Shown in pieces: positions 57,279 to 64,000 of a stretch of DNA of 64,000 nt; positions within the stretch are counted from its first letter, which is position 1; each line of letters opens with the position of its first letter. This DNA is from Pseudovirgaria hyperparasitica (Eukaryota). Position numbers and translations under genes: made by a program. The notes under the pieces are model-generated. The model searched no databases. It was not told the DNA's origin and was given only the letters and a program-made list of their open reading frames with translations. The stretch is from the NCBI GenBank assembly GCA_010093815.1, contig ML996568.1. One strand, 5' to 3'.

Positions 57279-58414
57279 TCAAGAGTGCCCAGCGATAGGC
57301 TTAGCAACATATGGCTCTTCGAGATATCTGACCTCGTCATCAGTCAGCTGCAGATTGCCTATGGCACAGGCCTCATCCATGCGGTCCTGCCTCGTACTAG
57401 ACAGTCCGACAATCGGGATTGTACCCTTTGCCTTGTGCCACGCAAGACCAACTTGACTCATCTTCCAGCCCTTCTTTTCCGCAACCTCCTGAACCCTCTT
57501 CACAATCTGCACATCTGCATCAGTCGCTCCACCACCCATCACCTTGTTCTGTGCGCTTCTGCCTGACTCTTCATCAAGCGGCTTCGCCAGCATACCGCCG
57601 GACAACGGGCTCCACGGCAGGATACCGACACCGGTCTCGTTGCAGAACTTGTTCATCTCGCGCTCTTCCTCTCGGTACAGGAGACTGTAGCGGTTCTGCA
57701 TGCTGATGAACTTGGTCCATCCGTTCTTCTCCGCAATGAACTGCATGCGTGCGAATTGATATGCCCACATGGAGCTGGCACCAATGTAGCGCACTTTGCC
57801 GAGCTGGACAAGATCGTGGAGCGCTTTCATGGTCTCTTCGGGCTGGACCGTGGGGTCGTATCTGTGGATCTGGAGCAGGTCGATGTACGTCGTACCGAGG
57901 CGTTTGAGGGATGCGTCAACGGCGTTGAAGATTGCGGTGCGAGAGAGACCGCCTTGGTTGGTGTAGTCTTTGCTTGCTTGTAGCTGTCCTTCGTACATCC
58001 AGTTGAAGATGTCCGGCGTCTCTGGGACAGTTCCCATGATCTTGCCCAGGATGGTCACTTTGGAGCGCGGAATATCGAACGTTTTGAGCGCTTTGCCGAC
58101 GACTGCTTCGTTCATACCGCTCGAGTAGACATTTGCCGTGTCCCACGTCGTCAGACCTGTGAAAAGTAAGCCACGTACTTTCGAGACCATTTGCTGATTT
58201 GTAACGTACCTCTGTCGTAAGCTGCCTTCAGGACCTGGAGGCCCTCTTCCTCATCCATCACCCAGTTTAGCCATTGTTTGCTGCCGATACCCATCGTTCC
58301 GAGGATGGGGCGAGAGACACGAAGCCCAGACTTGCCAACTTGGACATACTGGACTCGAGTTGCGTCCAGACTTTTCTGGAGTGAGTCCGGAACTGGTGGT
58401 GCATGGTGTGCCAT
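57279..58414 (-). CDS. Aldo/keto reductase (aryl-alcohol dehydrogenase-like), ~360 aa; exons 58414-58210 and 58156-57279
   Basis: GKSGLRVSRPILGTM; WDTANVYSSG (Asp, Tyr); SLKRLGTTYIDLLQIHRYD; GKVRYIGASSM; PWSPLSGG. Confidence 0.93.
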
Positions 58415-60104
58415 TGCGTGTGTCTGTGAATGGTTTTCAGTTGTATGTGCGATTGGCCGAAGGCTTCAGTCGTTGATCAGGAGGTAGGTAACAAGAAGTC
58501 TCAAGATGAATGTTGTTTCCATTCAACCTGATGTCCTCTCATACTTTTATATCTCTCGTCGACACCTATGATGTCGACGGCTGCTCCTGCAACAGTCGAT
58601 CTCCTACTCATCAACCAAGCCACAAACACTACATACTGTGACACTTTTGCCCAACAAGGCATTACAATCGACGTGGTCCGAGCAAAGATGCTTAAGCAGG
58701 ACAGCCCGATCAGTACAATCCTCACTTCTCATTGGTCAGACTCAACCGACCGCTATGGACTTAACGAATACACCCAAAGCCCTCGCCGTCGCTAACCGCA
58801 TATGGCGAAACTCACGAACACCACGTGCATCCTAAATCCGTGCCACCAAATTCCCACTGCTGGGATATTCGCAATCGGTGTCCTTTGACAGTTGTAGAGC
58901 TGACCAATAGAAAGATCATTTGAGATTCCCATTGTTGCATATCTGTTTAAGCAGGTTATGATTGATAAGCACAATGCAGCCTTGGAGTGAAATATTATTG
59001 TTAGAACTTCGTGCGAGGGTGCGCGGACGAATGTTTTGGTCCACATTTCATTCTCTATGGTCCCAATTTCCTCATTCATCTCGTGTGCTTGTTGATATCG
59101 TGTCGCCCTGTAGCGATGGCGCTGCATACATCCCTCTGACTCACATCCAACCTTGCTCGTCTAGACTTTGTAGAGGCTGCTGACCAATGCTTAGGTAGGA
59201 TTGCTACTGTTTTACAAGGTGCAAGATGAGGACGTCCGAACGATAGGCAGGATCTTAATACGTTTGATGCGAAAGGCAGGATCTAATCGTAACGAAGAGG
59301 TAGCACATACAACCGACTATACAGCAAGGTAACAAGAACAGGCACACCCTGCAAAGAAATATCCACCTCGTCATAAAGCGCCGAGAGCTACGCACAACCT
59401 GTCCAGAAAACCCTAGCATTATGGTGAGAAGACACAATGACATCTGGAGTTGCGCAGTGAATTCACCAAGTGCGACTAGCATGAATCGACGCAAATACAT
59501 ACCCATCGAAGCGACATTTTTGCTATCCAAAAAGTGTAAAAAAAACCGTTCCGCAGAAATGCAAATTACGCGGGATGTTTATCCCACTAGGTGTAGGGCT
59601 GAATATTGTGTCATGCCGGAAGCAAGCAGATATCGAGGCGGTCCGGATATGCGCTTACCCCGGACACATCCCTGCCGGTGTGGATTAGTAGCTCAGGGCG
59701 GGTGTCACACAACATCATGGTGCGCTTGCGGACCTTGTGTAGACCTAGATTCAGCTAATTATGGATGGGCTACATCCATCTACAATGAATGACTAATTAG
59801 ACTAGAGACGTCGGAATCTTGAGAAGGAACAGAGAGATACAGAGCGCCCCGCGTGCCGGGTATCAAATAGCTTTTAGCAGCGCCGCTCCCGCGCTCCAAT
59901 GAGTGACTTGCGCTAACTTACGGCGTCATGAGCCAAGCCTAAGAGCTTCGAATCGATCGCGATGTGATGCGGCGGAAGCTGAGTTGTACGTATAATATGC
60001 CCGAGGTACTCTACTCTGTGCCTCAGGTCGATCTTTCTCCTCCTACCTTCTCCAGCTCCTGCACACCAGCATCTCGAAGCAATCCGTCTCTCGCCCGTCT
60101 AAGC

Positions 60105-60640
60105 ATGTCTCGCAACATCGGCCTCACCAGCTCCAGCCTCTTCCAACTCCTCCCAGTCACCGCAACATGGTCACTCCCGTTTACGCTCTATTCCCTCCTC
60201 CTCTCCGGCCGTGTGGTCAAGATCCGCGTCGACAATGAACAGTGAGACCTCCTCTACGCATCACCATGTCTCACTCATGCTAACAGCCGCACAGATGGTC
60301 GGGCGACCGCCTGCAATCCATCCCCATCTCGTCGTCCTCTGCGTCTCTGCAGTCTGACCCTCTGCACCAATGCATTTCGGCACACAGGAATTTCCTCGAG
60401 AACGTGCCGTACGCCCTCATTCTCGCCGGGCTAGCGGAGATTAATGGTGCCGACAAGAAGTATCCGAGCATGGCGATGGCAACGCTTTTTGCATTGAGGA
60501 TTGCGCATAGTGAGGCTGGCTTGTTGGGCAAGGACGCGATAGCGAACGGGAGACCGGTGGGGTATTTTGGCACGCAGGCTTGGTTGGCGGGAGTCGCTGC
60601 GTATTCAGCATACTTAGTACGTGGATACTGGGGGTATTAG
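60105..60640 (+). CDS. MAPEG family membrane protein (glutathione metabolism, YecN-like), ~160 aa; exons 60105-60241 and 60295-60640
   Basis: AHRNFLENVPYALILAGLAEING and LRIAHSEAGL motifs; hydrophobic helices; intron GTGAGA...GCTAAC...CAG. Confidence 0.85.
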
Positions 60641-60720
60641 ATGAATAACGGACGATAGGAGCATGGCGAGATGGAACAGCAACTGGTTGTGGCAATATTA
60701 TAGCCCTGAATCTGTTGCTT

Positions 60721-60745
60721 CACACACACACACACACACACACAC
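60721..60745. repeat. (CA)n microsatellite between convergent genes
   Basis: cacacacacacacacacacacacac. Confidence 0.9.
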
Positions 60746-60787
60746 CCTTAGTGCACAACACTCGCACGACCAGCAGTCCCATGCTCT

Positions 60788-61276
60788 TTACAACCCCATG
60801 ATCGCCTTTTTCTCATAATGCCACCCGGCAGCCGTAATGGCCAGCACGACCGCACTCACGCCTGCCTGAGGGAAGAACCACTTCGACGCCGGCGGATCCA
60901 CGGCCGCAACCTCTGGATACACCCACGCCATGAGCTGCGTGACCCAGTACAACGAGCCGCACACGACCGCGAAGCGTAGCTGGTGCAGCCTCATTTCGCG
61001 ACTCAGAGCCAGCGCCTCTTCCTCGTGCCCCGCCGTGCTATCTCTACTTTTTGCTGCCTTCTTCACGGCCAGCAGTGGTGATGGTGATGCGTGGGTGTAG
61101 TAGAATGTGAGCAGCCCCAGGACTAGACCCATGGCCATGGTCTGGGCGTTGTGGAATTTGGCGTGTGGCAGCCAGAGCGGGTTGTAGATGTGTGTGGCGT
61201 TCCAGTCGGCGATGTAGCAGCCTGTGCTTGTTATGATTGCGGTGGTGGTGAGGAGGGCGCGGCCGAGGGTGGACAT
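60788..61276 (-). CDS. Small multi-pass membrane protein, DUF6640-like, 162 aa, intronless
   Basis: ADWNATHIYNPLWLPHAKFHNAQTMAMG motif and about four hydrophobic segments. Family label is from memory. Confidence 0.75.
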   Translation of the reverse strand: MSTLGRALLTTTAIITSTGCYIADWNATHIYNPLWLPHAKFHNAQTMAMGLVLGLLTFYYTHASPSPLLAVKKAAKSRDSTAGHEEEALALSREMRLHQLRFAVVCGSLYWVTQLMAWVYPEVAAVDPPASKWFFPQAGVSAVVLAITAAGWHYEKKAIMGL

Positions 61277-61303
61277 TGTGGATGGGTACGGTGGAGGGTT
61301 GGT

Positions 61304-61306
<3 letters not shown>

Positions 61307-61340
<34 letters not shown>
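61307..61340. repeat. (GA)n microsatellite in the 5' region of the DUF6640-like gene
   Basis: Long agagag run. Confidence 0.9.
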
Positions 61341-61343
<3 letters not shown>

Positions 61344-62486
61344 AGATGCGATATTATGGGATGGGATAGTTAGTTGAATGGTGTTTCGGACAGTTCGATT
61401 ATGGCCATATTACGGGCTCGGCGTTGGCAGACACGCGTCGGTGTTAAGGCGGCCGAGGGCTTGCAGAGTTCGGCATTATATCCGTGCGGAAGGCGGAAGC
61501 AGATTCGCAAATGCTTGATAACACTATATAATACCAGTAATACCAAATGATAATTACCAGTAATACTGTTGTACCAAGCGATACCTAAGAACGGCATTGG
61601 CTCTTCCCGCTCCCGTCTTCTCGGCTTTGGCTCGGCAGGGAGAGAGATGCTGCTACGTCATCCGGGTTTGGCCTGACTAAGTAGGTAACATCGTAACTTA
61701 CATACACGGCTAGGATGACAGTAAGCGGAAGAGGCTTTATTATATAACATAGACAAACACTGACCATAGCAGATGCGACGTTCAGACTTGAATGAGTTTC
61801 ATTATCAACAGTCTATCAATTGCAGACCGATTGTCTCAGCCTTAGGCAAGAATGTCGTCACATTTTAGAGTTCCCTAAAGCTTAGCCCTGCATGCAATAG
61901 CGCACAGAGCGAGATGGATTGGTTTATTGGGTCGAATCTTCCTTGGCCCACGCTTTAAGCACTTGGATAGACACGCACAGAGCCATGTTGTTCCTTGGTT
62001 GTTGTTTGTATTGTGCCAAAACACGAGAACAAAATGTTGGAAGAACAAGATTTGATTGCGGAGATAGGCTTTTATCTGCAGCTCATCCATGCATATATCT
62101 AATCATCCATGCTGCTTTCGTGCCATCCATGCTTCTCTCCCCCCCGGAAGAGCAGGCCGAATCTCTGGTGTCGCTGTATTAGCGCGGCGCCGCCCTGAAG
62201 CAGTCTCGAGCCAGCATGGATCTTTTCTCGTCACGGCCTCTGCCGCTCAGTAATTAACAGTAATCATTCAATAATCCCCATTCCTCAATAATCCGCTTTG
62301 TCTCACTCCAATATTCTTCACTCTTTCTATCGTGAAAAATCCATTCACTGGATTCGATGCGTTGATTGAACTCTGAGCTTACCAGCTCTTCGCCATTCCG
62401 TCATCGCTCCCTGATCTTTTGTTGTCTTACCGTCCGACGAGCCCTCTTTTCTTTGACCTGATCCTGCGTAAACGTCCCCAACAACC

Positions 62487-64000
62487 ATGGCCGATGGGGA
62501 TCGCGTTCATCGTGTCATTGGTCCACATACAACCACGACAACGACCACGACCACCACCTCCATTCCTCTCAATAACAATAATACCAACTCTCGCGCTGTA
62601 AACCGGACCGGCAATTCACAAACAGACCTCTCAACCTCCACTTCTACCGAAGCATTTCCGTCTCTCACTCCACAACCTTCTGCCACTCCAGCTCCTCAAC
62701 CACTGCGCGATCCTCTTCCTGCACCTCGACATGCTCGTCGTCATCTGCTGCGACGCGCCCCGAGTATTGGCATTCGCAGACTTGACCAGCCTGCTGTAAA
62801 TATTCAGGACTATGCACAGCTTGATGGCGTCCAAGAGACCGATTATGGCAGGCGAAGAAGCAGCTCAGAGCCACAGAGGCCACAACACTTGACAATTCCA
62901 CAACCTGCGCTTGCAAGACAGCGGACTGTGGAGAATGGCCCTCGTATGCCTACGGTAGCAGAAGGTGCGTCCTTGGGACAGACGGACACGAATACGCAAT
63001 ACGCTGCAGTCAACCAAGGTGTCTCCGGAAATGGACCTAGTGTTACTATTGAGGATACAGATATAGGGAGGAGTAGATCCAATACGGCGGGGAATGGTGG
63101 CCGATCGTTCTTCGGATTCAGGCGCGGAGCTAAAAAGGAGAAGGCTGCCACGGACGAGGACGATCGTTACGAACACGACGTTGTCGACATGCTCGATGTC
63201 ATTGGTACGCAGAAAGTGATGCGGTAACCACATAGTACTAACAACTCGTAGATCCTGAAGTTTCGACCTTATCAACTCTCACAAATGTTCAGAACTCTCT
63301 CTTTGTACCTGATCTCGGACGTTTAGTCAACAGGCGACCCACGTATACACTTAGACGACGAGCAACAGCCGCAACAGATCCAGAAACAGACACTGATGAC
63401 GACCGAAAACCGGTCAGGCCGGACTACGCGGACACTCTTGGCCGCACTGTTTCACGTATCATGTATCCGAACGAGCAAGATCAGCAAGAAGATCAGACCA
63501 CTCTTGGACCAAACTTGACACGAACACACACGTCAGCATCAATATCTTCCCAACTCACCGACTCCCACTATGCCGTCTTACCACATGGTGTCGATCTTGA
63601 AGGATGGAGTCAAGATGACAAGGATCAGCTCAATGATCGCGTGAGGCACATGCTTCATTCCCGTAGATCAAAGTTCAAACGATCCATGAAAGGTTTTGGG
63701 CAATACGTCCGAAGACGTGAGTATGTACTCCACTGGTGTAGAGCTTTACTAATGCACATTGTAGCTTTGGGATTTCTGGTCACTTTGTACGCAACACTTA
63801 TTACTCTATTTGGTCTAGCGTGGGTTCTGTTCTTGATTGGCTGGATCTATGTTCCGGACAATCAAGTCTATGTTGTCCATATCATCGACAGCGTTCTTGT
63901 AGCTCTTTTTGCTATCATGGGAGATGGGCTGGCACCCTTCCGCGCCGTCGACACGTACCATATGATCTTCATCGCTCACTATCATCATCTGACCTGGAAA
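62487..64000 (+). CDS. Integral membrane protein, DUF2985-like; runs off the window end; exons 62487-63204, 63252-63716, 63765->64000
   Basis: DMLDVI|DPEVSTLSTLTNVQNSLFVPDLG; HYAVLPHG; RHMLHSRRSKFKRSMKGFGQYVRR|PLGFLVTLYATLITLFGLAWVLFLIGWI. Two canonical introns. Confidence 0.8.

Noticed and set aside
61531..61568. Short direct repeat TACCAGTAATAC twice in a divergent promoter
   Set aside because: Too short and AT-rich to distinguish from slippage.
1..64000. tRNA, rRNA or snRNA genes
   Set aside because: None recognised by eye; tRNAscan-SE and Rfam would be needed to exclude them.

Overview
Eukaryotic genomic DNA from a filamentous ascomycete (Pezizomycotina; the exact taxon cannot be assigned from sequence alone). 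The window is gene-dense, with about 24 protein-coding genes, short GT-AG introns with CTRAY branch sites, and many microsatellites. All gene assignments come from manual motif recognition, not database searches. Conserved genes include a Zds1-like PP2A regulator, the sulfite reductase flavoprotein MET10, a Yrb30-like RanGTP-binding protein, eRF3/Sup35, Saf4/CCDC130, Ubc8, a Ris1/Uls1-like SNF2 ATPase, a BSD-domain protein and an AGC/YANK kinase. Accessory-type genes include a large repetitive GPI-anchored wall protein, a 2H phosphoesterase, a nitrilase, a GAF hybrid histidine kinase, two SDRs, a Zn2Cys6 transcription factor, an aldo-keto reductase, a MAPEG protein and a DUF6640-like membrane protein. 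I recognised no rRNA, tRNA, CRISPR array or transposase. The most striking unexplained structure is a ~460-bp non-coding element at 52871-53331. It has four related ~70-80-bp arms forming two tandem long hairpins around a central palindrome, and could be a MITE/foldback relic or a small-RNA hairpin precursor cluster. Other notable points are a histidine kinase with an H-Q H-box, a 2H enzyme with an altered first motif, an SDR needing two non-canonical splice sites, an intronless ubc8, and a candidate detoxification mini-cluster.
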